From: Candidatus Moranbacteria bacterium RIFCSPHIGHO2_01_FULL_55_24
GTDB lineage: Bacteria > Patescibacteriota > Minisyncoccia > Moranbacterales > UBA1568
DNA: 64,000 bases
NCBI GenBank assembly: GCA_001786575.1
Contig: MFRW01000002.1
Span: 1,717-65,716, forward strand
Reading direction: 5' to 3'
In this document: piece by piece, positions 28,807 to 37,244 of the stretch
Position numbering within the stretch: position 1 is the stretch's first letter
How the letters are laid out: each line of letters begins with the position of its first letter
The notes under the pieces: generated by a model
Told to the model about the DNA's origin: nothing
Database searches by the model: none
The model's input: the letters and a program-made list of their open reading frames with translations, nothing else
Program-made: the position numbers and the translations under genes

Positions 28807-28845
28807 AAGAGGTTCTGTGAAATTCACAGGACCTCTTTTTCTTTG
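28807..28845 (+). terminator. Rho-independent terminator
   Basis: GAGGTTCTGTG-aaatt-CACAGGACCTC (11-bp stem with one G-U pair) followed by TTTTTCTTT. Confidence 0.6.
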
Positions 28846-28891
28846 GAAAAATCGTCTGTGATACAATAAATAGGCTTATCCGAAGAAAATC

Positions 28892-30214
28892 TTGAAGCGG
28901 CGGAATACCAAAAAAATGAGGCAAATTTTCATACGTCTGGCGAAAAACTCCTTTATTCGGAACAGCTTCGTGCTCTTTGCGGGCACGATGATCGTGAACG
29001 TCTTGAACTACGTGTTTCACCTGGTGGTGGGTCGCATGGTAGAGCCGGCGGCGTACGGGGAAATCGAGTCGCTTATCTCGCTTCTGGCGATTATTTCCGT
29101 GCCGGCTGCTACGCTGACGCTCATCGCCACCAAATACGCGGCCAATATGAAGGCAGGCCAGGATACGCGCGGGGTGCGCATCCTCTCGCGTTACCTCAAC
29201 CGCAAGCTTTTCTTTTACGGATTGCCCCTGCTCGTGCTCGCGTTCTGCCTGACTCCTCTGGTGAAGCGCTTTCTCAATATCGGGAGCAATCTCCCGATCC
29301 TCTACCTGTGGGGAGTGATGGCGCTTTCTTTCCTAAGCGCGGTGACGGCCGGGATCCTCACGGGATGGCAGAAATTTTTCCATACCAATATCTCCGGAGT
29401 GCTTTCTACGATCCTGAAGCTCGGAGCTGCTTTCTTGTTCATCCGCTGGGGGTTCGGGGTGAGCGGAGTGATCGGAAGCTATGCTCTGGCGATACTTTTC
29501 GGATATCTCATCTCCCTCTTTTTTCTCCGGCGCTTCTTTTATCAAGACGCTTCTCCGGAGGATAAGTCCGTGGAACCGCACTTCCCTTCGCTCAAGGGGT
29601 ACGTACTCCCGGCTTTCTACGGGACGCTCGCTGTTGCGATTCTCGGAAATGCGGATATGATCTTCGCCAAGCATCACCTGGGGGCAGAGGCATCCGGAGA
29701 GTACGGAGCGCTCTTCATAGTAGCGAAAACGATCTTCTTCGTCACCGGCGTGCTGACCACGGTGCTTTTCGCGATGTCGGCGGAAGAGAGCGCGAGCGAA
29801 AAAAGAGCGACGTACACCTTCCGGATCGCGGCAGGACTCACCTGTCTTACGGCTCTCGTCTCGGTATTCTTTTTCTCGCTTTTTCCGGGCTTGGTGATGG
29901 GGGTATTCTTCGGAGAGAAGTATCTGGCTGTAAGCCATCTTCTGGGATGGTTCGCGCTCGCGGCCGGGACATACTCGATTGCCAACCTGTTTCTCCAGTA
30001 TCTCCTCTCGCTCCATAAGACTCGCATAGCCTCGCTCTTTTTGGCTCTTTCCGGCCTAGAAATAGCCGCTTTGTTTTTCTTCGGAGAGGGCTTGTATGCT
30101 ATAATCGGGATAACAATCGGGACACAGATGCTTGCCGCTCTCCTGGGCCTCTTTTTCGTGCTGAAGGAAAACCATCATGCCAAAGCTGATTTCTATCGTC
30201 ATCCCAGTCTATAA
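28892..30214 (+). CDS. wzx: Oligosaccharide flippase (Wzx/MOP superfamily polysaccharide biosynthesis protein)
   Basis: 440 aa with about 12 predicted TM helices. The N-terminal pattern is typical of RfbX/Wzx. It overlaps the downstream GT2 by 38 nt. Confidence 0.75.
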   Translation: MKRRNTKKMRQIFIRLAKNSFIRNSFVLFAGTMIVNVLNYVFHLVVGRMVEPAAYGEIESLISLLAIISVPAATLTLIATKYAANMKAGQDTRGVRILSRYLNRKLFFYGLPLLVLAFCLTPLVKRFLNIGSNLPILYLWGVMALSFLSAVTAGILTGWQKFFHTNISGVLSTILKLGAAFLFIRWGFGVSGVIGSYALAILFGYLISLFFLRRFFYQDASPEDKSVEPHFPSLKGYVLPAFYGTLAVAILGNADMIFAKHHLGAEASGEYGALFIVAKTIFFVTGVLTTVLFAMSAEESASEKRATYTFRIAAGLTCLTALVSVFFFSLFPGLVMGVFFGEKYLAVSHLLGWFALAAGTYSIANLFLQYLLSLHKTRIASLFLALSGLEIAALFFFGEGLYAIIGITIGTQMLAALLGLFFVLKENHHAKADFYRHPSL

Positions 30215-31130
30215 CGAGGAGAAGAATGTCCCTGCGGTAGCAGGGGCGCTTCGCGATGTCTTGGCCGGTTTGTCGTACGACTATGAGATCATTTTCGTAA
30301 ACGACGGCAGCCGCGATAACAGTCTGCCGGAAATCTGCCGCTTGTCGCAGAATGACGCGCGGATCAAAGGCATCGACTTTTCCCGGAATTTCGGCAAGGA
30401 AGCGGCCACATCGGCCGGCTGCCATGCGGCGGCAGGGGATGCGGTCATCACCATGGATGCCGATCTCCAGCACCCGCCGGCCTTGATCCCGGAGCTCATC
30501 AGGCACTGGGAGGACGGCGCGGAAGTCGTCTATACCGTCCGCAAGAAGACGAAAGGCATCAACATAATGAAAAAGATTACTTCCAGCCTGTATTACTGGA
30601 TGTTCAAGAAGATGTCCTCGGTGGCGACGGAACCGCGTTCGACGGACTTCCGCCTCATGGACAAGAAAGTGATCGAGATGTTCCGGCGCCTGCCGGAGCG
30701 CGGGCGCATGTTCCGCGGCCTGATCGATTGGATGGGATTCAAGCGCCAGCGGGTAGAGTTCGATGCGAATGAGAGGCTCCACGGGAAAGCCGGATACTCG
30801 TACCAGAAGCTCTTCCGCCTGGCTATGAACAGCTTCACGTCCTTTTCCCTTCTGCCCCTGAAGCTGGCCGGTTATCTGGGGCTACTTATTACCTTTTTCA
30901 GCGGATTGCTCCTCTTGATAATGTTAGCGGCACGCTGGGGATTTAATCCTCATCTTTTTACTCCGCTTTCAGTACTAGCGACAATAAATATTTTCTTGGT
31001 AGGCATCGTTCTCATCTCTCTCGGTTTCATCGCGCTCTATATCGCCCGTATCCACGACGAAGTGATCGACCGCCCGCTCTATATCGTAAGAGAAAAGATC
31101 AATCTGGATAACGGGATGAAAGGGGAATAA
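30177..31130 (+). CDS. GT2 polyprenyl-phosphate sugar transferase (GtrB/ArnC-like)
   Basis: [10 protein letters not shown]...FVNDGSRD...DADLQHPP (DxD) is followed by two C-terminal TM helices, as in DPM1/ArnC/GtrB. Confidence 0.8.
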   Translation: MPKLISIVIPVYNEEKNVPAVAGALRDVLAGLSYDYEIIFVNDGSRDNSLPEICRLSQNDARIKGIDFSRNFGKEAATSAGCHAAAGDAVITMDADLQHPPALIPELIRHWEDGAEVVYTVRKKTKGINIMKKITSSLYYWMFKKMSSVATEPRSTDFRLMDKKVIEMFRRLPERGRMFRGLIDWMGFKRQRVEFDANERLHGKAGYSYQKLFRLAMNSFTSFSLLPLKLAGYLGLLITFFSGLLLLIMLAARWGFNPHLFTPLSVLATINIFLVGIVLISLGFIALYIARIHDEVIDRPLYIVREKINLDNGMKGE

Positions 31131-31147
31131 TAATCTTTAGATACTTT

Positions 31148-32104
31148 ATGATGGAAAAGAAGAAAATTCTTGTAACTGGCGGCGCTGGTTTTATCGGGTC
31201 GCATCTCTGCCGCAGGCTTTTGGACGAAGGGCACGAAGTGCTCTGCGTGGACAACTTCTTCACCGGGAACAAGGACAATATCCTGGACCTCCTCTCGAAC
31301 CCTCGCTTCGAATTTCTCCGGCATGACGTCACCTTCCCGCTCTATGTCGAAGTAGACCAGATCTACAACCTGGCTTGCCCGGCCTCGCCGATCCATTATC
31401 AGTTCGACCCGGTGCAGACTACCAAAACTTCGGTGCACGGCGCCATCAATATGCTGGGTCTGGCCAAGCGCACCAAGGCCAAGATTCTCCAGGCTTCGAC
31501 GAGCGAGGTCTACGGCGATCCGGAAATGCACCCGCAGAGAGAGGACTACTGGGGCCACGTTAATCCGATCGGCTTCCGTTCCTGCTACGATGAGGGCAAA
31601 CGCTGCGCGGAGACGCTCTTCTTCGACTACTACCGCCAGCACAAGCTCGATATCCGCGTCATCCGTATCTTCAATACCTACGGGCCGAACATGCATCCTG
31701 CTGACGGGCGGGTGGTATCGAACTTTATCGTCCAAGCGCTTAGGAATAAAGATATCACCATCTATGGGGATGGCTCGCAGACGCGAAGCTTCCAGTATGT
31801 GGACGATCTGATCGATGGCATGATCCTCATGATGAACAACAAGGATGGCTTCATCGGGCCGGTGAATATGGGAAATCCGGGGGAATTCACCATCAAAGAA
31901 TTAGCCGAAAAGGTGCTCCACATGCTTCCTGACAGCACGAGCAAGATCGTGTACAAGGATCTGCCGCATGATGACCCCAAGCAGCGTCAGCCGGACATCT
32001 CTCTTGCCAAGGAGAAGCTCGTGGGATGGGAGCCGAAAGTCGGGCTCGATGAGGGGCTTGAGAAGACAATCGATTACTTCAAACACAGCCTCTCGCTCAT
32101 GTAA
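31148..32104 (+). CDS. uxs: UDP-glucuronate decarboxylase (UDP-xylose synthase, UXS/ArnA-C-domain-like)
   Basis: [35 protein letters not shown] and the C-terminal pattern are highly characteristic of UXS. Confidence 0.9.
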   Translation: MMEKKKILVTGGAGFIGSHLCRRLLDEGHEVLCVDNFFTGNKDNILDLLSNPRFEFLRHDVTFPLYVEVDQIYNLACPASPIHYQFDPVQTTKTSVHGAINMLGLAKRTKAKILQASTSEVYGDPEMHPQREDYWGHVNPIGFRSCYDEGKRCAETLFFDYYRQHKLDIRVIRIFNTYGPNMHPADGRVVSNFIVQALRNKDITIYGDGSQTRSFQYVDDLIDGMILMMNNKDGFIGPVNMGNPGEFTIKELAEKVLHMLPDSTSKIVYKDLPHDDPKQRQPDISLAKEKLVGWEPKVGLDEGLEKTIDYFKHSLSLM

Positions 32105-32141
32105 GAAGGGTGGCCGAAGCTAAACCGTTCCTCGTTCTATT

Positions 32142-32828
32142 ATGAAAGCCATTATTCTCGCGGCCGGGATAGGAAATCGAATGATGCCGCTTACTGAAAA
32201 AATTCCTAAGCCGATGCTGCGGTTATCCGGCAAGCCTTTGCTCGAACATATTCTTGAGTATCTTCCCCAGGAGATAGACGAAATTATCATGGTAGTGGGG
32301 TACAAGAAAGAAGTGATACAAGATTACTTCAAGGAGTCTTTTCAAGGAAGAAAGATAACCTATCTTGTGCAAGAGAATCCCGCAGGGACTTTTGATGCGC
32401 TAAGTCTCTCTCGTCCGTACCTGGAAGATGGCGAGCGTTTTCTGCTTACTTTCGGGGATGATATCTATGATAGAGAAAGTGTGGCGCGGTGCCTGCGTCA
32501 CTCGTACGCTTTCCTCATCGGCGAGGTAGCTGATCCTCGGCGCTACGGTGTGGTTGTGTTCAATGAGGACGGGGAGACGATTCAAGAAATAGAGGAGAAG
32601 CCGGCGCATCCAAAGTCAAACTTTGTTGCGCCCGGGGTGTACATAGTAGATACGAGTATCTTTGATTATGCTCCTGATGCCCAGCTCTCCCAGGAGCATT
32701 ACCTGACGAATATGTTCAATCAGTTCGTAAAAGAGAACAGAGTTTTTGTAGAAAAAGTGGGTTTTTGGCTCACATTTGCTTATCCGGAGGATCTCGAGAA
32801 AGCTGAAGAATTACTGAAGCGACGCTAG
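32142..32828 (+). CDS. Sugar-1-phosphate nucleotidyltransferase (NTP_transferase family)
   Basis: MKAIILAAGIGNRMMPLTEKIPKPMLRLSGKPLL is the GxGxR pyrophosphorylase signature. This is the first gene of the low-GC island. Confidence 0.7.
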   Translation: MKAIILAAGIGNRMMPLTEKIPKPMLRLSGKPLLEHILEYLPQEIDEIIMVVGYKKEVIQDYFKESFQGRKITYLVQENPAGTFDALSLSRPYLEDGERFLLTFGDDIYDRESVARCLRHSYAFLIGEVADPRRYGVVVFNEDGETIQEIEEKPAHPKSNFVAPGVYIVDTSIFDYAPDAQLSQEHYLTNMFNQFVKENRVFVEKVGFWLTFAYPEDLEKAEELLKRR

Positions 32829-32869
32829 AATCAGCGTTGTTTGGCCGGTGTTGATGCTGATATTCTTTC

Positions 32870-32898
32870 TTGACATAAATGAAATTATATAGTATAAT
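32870..32898 (+). promoter_or_regulatory. Perfect-consensus promoter TTGACA-N17-TATAAT, with GCTAGC-type palindromes downstream
   Basis: -35 at 32870-32875 and -10 at 32893-32898. The sequence TAGCGCTAGAAAGCTAGCGAATGCTAG lies between the -10 and the AAGGAG SD. Confidence 0.6.
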
Positions 32899-32978
32899 TT
32901 TTTTTCTAGTAATAGCGCTAGAAAGCTAGCGAATGCTAGTGTTTAGTTCTTAAAAACATCCGAATCAAGGAGAAATCT

Positions 32979-33521
32979 ATGAGCGAACTGCTAGACGTAT
33001 TGGACGAGCAAGGAATACAGACTGGTGTCAGCGTCCAAAGGTCAGAAGTGCACAAGAACGGTCTCTGGCACGGGACGGTTCACATATATGTTTGCAGGAT
33101 GATCGGTCAGAAGGTCGAAATCCTCGTCCACTTGAGGTCGGCTAGCAAGGATCTCTACCCGAATACGTGGGATCCGGTCTTAGGCGGCCATATCCAAGCT
33201 GGGAACACCCCAATTCAGACCGTCGAGGAAGAACTTAGTCAAGAAGTCGGGCTTTCTATATCTCCAGAGGACTTGATTGTCGGGCCGATAGTGAAAGCCG
33301 ACAAGGGTTCAGATAAAGAGTTCAACCACATCTTTGTGTACCTGTTTCCTTCTGATGCATCTGTGTATTTCAAGGACAATGAAGTACAAGAGGTTCGGTG
33401 GATGGAACTCGATGAAGTATTGCGAGCTATCGAGACCGCTCCTACCGAATGGCGGCCGACATGCGATGAGTTCTTGGCCGCTTATCCGGCAGTGACTTCC
33501 TTGCTCAAAGCACATAGCTAG
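32979..33521 (+). CDS. NUDIX hydrolase
   Basis: A Nudix-box-like GGHIQAGNTPIQTVEEELSQEVGL and the typical fold pattern. Length is 180 aa. Confidence 0.65.
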   Translation: MSELLDVLDEQGIQTGVSVQRSEVHKNGLWHGTVHIYVCRMIGQKVEILVHLRSASKDLYPNTWDPVLGGHIQAGNTPIQTVEEELSQEVGLSISPEDLIVGPIVKADKGSDKEFNHIFVYLFPSDASVYFKDNEVQEVRWMELDEVLRAIETAPTEWRPTCDEFLAAYPAVTSLLKAHS

Positions 33522-33602
33522 GCCGACGGCGGCAAGATTACAGAGTACTATAAAGACCACTGGCGAACTCGCTAGCGGTCTTTCTTTTTTATCGTACTAA
33601 TA

Positions 33603-34121
33603 TTACTGCTCGAGGAAAAAAGTCTCTAGTTTAGTCCATTGCTTCGTTTCTCCTTCTGTACGCCAGAGCTCGATTGTTTTTGCAAAGAAAACCGATTCTA
33701 TTGATTCCAAAGCGGCCTGGAGTGACTGGATATCGTTTAATGCGAACTCTCCGTAGGCGATACTCAAGTGGGGGAAGTGCTCTTTTTCTGGCAATCCGAA
33801 ATGTTGACGGCTCTCTTCGTAGATTTGCATAATTTCAGGAGTCTTTTTTACTTTCAGAAAGAGTGCCTGGAAATAGGTTTCGTAGGAATCAATGCCGCAC
33901 GTCTGTATTTCTAGAGGTTTGAGGGTTTTTGAAAGTGTCTGTGTCTTCTCTCGGACATTTTTTTCAAGGTCTTGAATTCCGCCAAGCAAGGTAACATGAG
34001 GCTCAAATAGCGGTGTCTGGTATTTGAGTGCAATATCCTTTATTCGCTCGGAAAGAGCGAGGTATGCTTGGGAATCTGTATCTGGCACGAGCCAAAGCGA
34101 GTATCCTATTGCTTTTGACAT
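33603..34121 (-). CDS. 2H phosphoesterase (LigT/ThpR 2'-5' RNA ligase / cyclic phosphodiesterase family)
   Basis: Two H-x-T/S-x motifs (PHVTLLG and PHLSIAYG) are present. Length is 172 aa. It is the only sizeable minus-strand gene in the window. Confidence 0.75.
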   Translation of the reverse strand: MSKAIGYSLWLVPDTDSQAYLALSERIKDIALKYQTPLFEPHVTLLGGIQDLEKNVREKTQTLSKTLKPLEIQTCGIDSYETYFQALFLKVKKTPEIMQIYEESRQHFGLPEKEHFPHLSIAYGEFALNDIQSLQAALESIESVFFAKTIELWRTEGETKQWTKLETFFLEQ

Positions 34122-34174
34122 ACACTTTCTCTCTTAATAAAGCCTTAAATACAGTATATCACCGACTACTTTGC

Positions 34175-34203
34175 TTGACATAATATACAATATGTGCTAG
34201 AAT
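34175..34203 (+). promoter_or_regulatory. Promoter TTGACA-N17-TAGAAT with an extended -10 (TGcTAGAAT)
   Basis: -35 at 34175-34180 and -10 at 34198-34203. An approximately 85-nt leader runs to the ATG at 34291. Confidence 0.55.
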
Positions 34204-34290
34204 GTTATGTCGTTGTGTAATACATAGCGATAGAGTTCCTTTCAGCGATGAGAGGCACCGAAAGTACAGCACCTTAGCACGGAGGGTCTC

Positions 34291-34749
34291 ATGCCCAAAC
34301 TTAGCGTGGAAGAAATGACGCAATATGGCGTCGTGGTCGATGGCGAAGTGATGGACAACGGCGAGCAGCGCTTCCGCCTTATGTTGAATGGCAATGGGTA
34401 CGTCTGGACACAGCCGTCGGCAGATCAGCCGCCAGCTTGGCAGAATGCCCACCTGCACAAGGGTGTGCTCGAGACGTACATCGTCCAGACTGGCAAGATA
34501 GCTGTCGCTTCCCTCTACGAGGGAGAGCGTATGGTGAAGATCTACCATGCCGGCGATGTCGTCACGACGGAACTGAACGTTCCGCACAACGTGTACCTCT
34601 TTGCCGGCGCCGGCATCCATACGGTCAAGCACGGAACGCCGATCGGTAACCCCGAGAAGAGCGGTGCTGACTGGTACCCGGCAGATCCGGACTTCGATGT
34701 CTGGTCGAAATCTCTCAACGAGGCGACGATTAACGAACTTGCTTCGTGA
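34291..34749 (+). CDS. Cupin-like small protein (hypothetical)
   Basis: 152 aa. HLHKGVLETYIV...G...H suggests a cupin fold. No specific family was recognised. Confidence 0.4.
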   Translation: MPKLSVEEMTQYGVVVDGEVMDNGEQRFRLMLNGNGYVWTQPSADQPPAWQNAHLHKGVLETYIVQTGKIAVASLYEGERMVKIYHAGDVVTTELNVPHNVYLFAGAGIHTVKHGTPIGNPEKSGADWYPADPDFDVWSKSLNEATINELAS

Positions 34750-34800
34750 TCAGAACCGGATTCGAAACTTCCCAGGTTTTGTTACAAACCTGGACCTTGA

Positions 34801-34830
34801 GCGCTGTGAAGAAATTCACGGCGCTTTTTT
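34801..34830 (+). terminator. Rho-independent terminator
   Basis: GCGCTGTGAA-gaaa-TTCACGGCGC followed by TTTTTTCTT. It is preceded by a second hairpin, CCAGGTTT-tgttac-AAACCTGG. Confidence 0.65.
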
Positions 34831-35005
34831 CTTAAAAAAATCTCTCCTGACCTTAAGGATGGACCTACGATGTAGAACCAGTGTCTTTTCAGAAGACTAT
34901 AATGAGCTTGACAAATCTGATAAAAAATGTTTTTATGTAGTGTCTGGGTATAAGATTCAGACCCCGATATTTCGTCGGATGTTCTTTACAAGAGAGGAAT
35001 TCATC

Positions 35006-35752
35006 ATGTGCTTCAATGTGCTGAAAACCCTGATTTTTTCGATGGATCGTCTCCTCTATTATCCGCCGATCGAAGAGGAGATCGAATGGAACATGGAGCG
35101 GCTCTACCGCTTTCAGCAGCCGGAGACTATCACCGAAGAAGACGTCGTCAACAAGGTACTCCGTGGCTGGGCCAGGCCGGTCATGATCAAGAACTGCGGC
35201 CGTTTGATTTCTGTGTCTAGCGAACAGGGGGAGGGCAGCCGGATGATATTCAAAGACGGCAAGTTGCTCCGGGAATCAAGTCCCGAAGAACTCCGCAAGC
35301 AGGTTGAGGCCTTCGAGCAGCGGATGACCAGAGATACCCCGAAGCTTCGCCAAGAGTTCGAACACGCCGTAATCGACGGCAAACGCGTCGTCGAAGTCGG
35401 TGATATGGTTTGGTGGCAAAACACTGACCACACTCAACTTCTCGCCGCGTGTCGGCTGGAAGATGGTTCGTTCTTGGTACTTGGCTATGACGATGGTACG
35501 TTCGTCATTCCCAAGCCCAGCAGGCACTCATGGGTGCTTAGTGGACTCGAGGTATTGCCGAAGCTTGAACTTGATGATGGGAAAATCAACATCCATTTCG
35601 GGGAAGAACATTACCTCATGGCTGCGTACAGCTATGACGAAAACGATGGTCGACACAAGTGGATGTATGTCGGCACCGGTTATAGCGGGGATGCTGCTCT
35701 CGAGGCATTTGCCAAGCATGGCATGAGTTTTCATGCCGAAAGTGACGAGTAG
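35006..35752 (+). CDS. Hypothetical protein (248 aa) with no recognisable family
   Basis: The ATG at 35006 has the SD AGAGGAA. The product is an acidic, soluble protein. The upstream 400 nt of the ORF-track ORF (34601-) overlaps the cupin gene and terminator, so it is rejected as coding. Confidence 0.5.
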   Translation: MCFNVLKTLIFSMDRLLYYPPIEEEIEWNMERLYRFQQPETITEEDVVNKVLRGWARPVMIKNCGRLISVSSEQGEGSRMIFKDGKLLRESSPEELRKQVEAFEQRMTRDTPKLRQEFEHAVIDGKRVVEVGDMVWWQNTDHTQLLAACRLEDGSFLVLGYDDGTFVIPKPSRHSWVLSGLEVLPKLELDDGKINIHFGEEHYLMAAYSYDENDGRHKWMYVGTGYSGDAALEAFAKHGMSFHAESDE

Positions 35753-35780
35753 AGGCAGTTTATCGGAGTTGAATTGACAA

Positions 35781-35815
35781 GGCGTTTCCCTACAGGGGAG
35801 ACGCCTTTTTCTTTT
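35781..35815 (+). terminator. Rho-independent terminator
   Basis: GGCGTTTCCC-taca-GGGGAGACGCC followed by TTTTTCTTTT. Confidence 0.6.
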
Positions 35816-35882
35816 ACCGGCGCCTTTTCCGGGCAGGGAGGATTTGCTATACTGCGGGCAATGGAGTTCCCATACTATTTTT

Positions 35883-36860
35883 ATGATCAAATTTAGCTTC
35901 ATTGTTCCGGTCAAGGAGATCAATGCTTATATCCGCGAGGCGACTCCTATTATTCTCCAGATTCCGCGGGATGATTACGAAATCCTCATCTATCCGGATG
36001 AAGCGACGGATGAAACCTGGCCCAAGACCAGACAGATTCCGACCGGCCATTGCGGACCGGCAGAGAAGCGGAGCCGAGCTATCCAAGACGCACAGGGAGA
36101 AATATTGGTATTCATCGACGATGACGCTTATCCGGCACCGGATTTTCTGGACAAGCTGGAAGAAGATTTCCGGGATGCAGCCATAACGGCGGTGGGCGGT
36201 CCGGCTATTACGCCGCCGCATGACAGTTTCTGGCAGAAGGTATCCGGAGCGGTTTTCTTGAGTTCGCTTTCGGGCGGCGCTCCGGAGCGCTATGTACCGG
36301 TAGGGGAGAAGCACTTCGTTGATGATTGGCCGAGCGTCAATCTTTCGATCAGGAAAGAGGCTTTTGCCCGTTTGGGAGGATTCGACTGCGCGTATTGGCC
36401 GGGAGAGGATACCAAACTCTGCCTGGATCTCACTACGAAGCTGCAAGGGAAGATCCTTTATGATCCAGCGCTTCTCGTCTATCATCATCGGCGCGAGGGA
36501 CTGCTCCGCCATATGAAGCAGGTGAGCGGTTATGGATTGCATCGGGGGTTTTTCGCGAAAACCTACCCGGCGACCTCTTTCCGCTTCAAGTATTTCTTGC
36601 CGGCAGCTTTCCTCTTGTTTGCAGTTGTCGGGGCTTTGTTGGTGATGTTCCAGCCGGCATTCCTCCCATGGTATCTCTTGGGTTGGGCACTGTATGCCTT
36701 GGCGCTCGGGAAGGCAGCTTGGGATATCTACCGCTACGAGCGGAGCCTGGCTCTGACGCTTCATGCGCTCTATTATATCTTTTTCACCCATCTCGCGTAT
36801 GGGTGGAGCTTTCTTAAGGGTTTTTTGTGGGTACGGAAGCTCAAAAGCAAGCTTCGCTGA
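35883..36860 (+). CDS. Glycosyltransferase family 2 with a C-terminal membrane domain
   Basis: A GT2 A-fold (ILIYPDEATDE, VFIDDDAYP DxD). The C-terminal third contains 3-4 TM helices. Confidence 0.75.
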   Translation: MIKFSFIVPVKEINAYIREATPIILQIPRDDYEILIYPDEATDETWPKTRQIPTGHCGPAEKRSRAIQDAQGEILVFIDDDAYPAPDFLDKLEEDFRDAAITAVGGPAITPPHDSFWQKVSGAVFLSSLSGGAPERYVPVGEKHFVDDWPSVNLSIRKEAFARLGGFDCAYWPGEDTKLCLDLTTKLQGKILYDPALLVYHHRREGLLRHMKQVSGYGLHRGFFAKTYPATSFRFKYFLPAAFLLFAVVGALLVMFQPAFLPWYLLGWALYALALGKAAWDIYRYERSLALTLHALYYIFFTHLAYGWSFLKGFLWVRKLKSKLR

Positions 36861-36945
36861 ACGATCCGTAAGGACATAGCTTAGACCAGTACGCTCTTTT
36901 ATGGTATGATATCCGAGTAAATCAACTGACGAACTCGGCTTTCGG

Positions 36946-37233
36946 ATGAGTTTCTGGAGGCCGAAAAGAACAAAAAATATGGAAGAATCGCAGAATGCAC
37001 GCACCGTGAAACATGATGATATCGAGATCCGCATCCTTCGTGAAAAATGCATCGGCGCGGCGACCTGCGTGGTGTATAGCCCATCCACTTTCGATTTGGA
37101 TGAGAGCAATATCGCTGTAGTGAAAGAAGGCCAATGGGATGAGCTGGAAAAGATCGTAGCTGGTGCCCAATCATGCCCGGTATTGGCAATCGAGGTATAC
37201 CAAGCTGGAAAAAAACTCTATCCAACTTCTTAA
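36946..37233 (+). CDS. Small [4Fe-4S]/[3Fe-4S] single-cluster ferredoxin
   Basis: CIGAATCV...SCPVLAIE fits the CxxAxxC...CP pattern of Pyrococcus-type ferredoxins. The start may be at the internal Met (36979). Confidence 0.6.
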   Translation: MSFWRPKRTKNMEESQNARTVKHDDIEIRILREKCIGAATCVVYSPSTFDLDESNIAVVKEGQWDELEKIVAGAQSCPVLAIEVYQAGKKLYPTS

Positions 37234-37244
37234 AATCTCACTCT

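Noticed and set aside
32142-34121. Possible CBASS-like or anti-phage signalling trio (nucleotidyltransferase, NUDIX, 2H phosphodiesterase)
   Set aside because: The nucleotidyltransferase has the GxGxR sugar-1-phosphate pyrophosphorylase signature (RmlA/GlmU-type), not a pol-beta/CD-NTase fold, and it sits at the head of a glycan cluster. I kept it only as a low-interest note.
34601-35005. N-terminal 135 codons of the ORF-track ORF 34601-35752
   Set aside because: This stretch overlaps the 3' end of the cupin gene in another frame and runs through two hairpin terminators and a promoter-like region. The credible start is the ATG at 35006, which has the AGAGGAA SD.
35847-37109. 420-aa minus-strand ORF antisense to the island GT2 and the ferredoxin
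   Set aside because: The GT2 DxD and fold pattern and the ferredoxin Cys motifs are clear on the + strand. The antisense frame has no motif and no SD.
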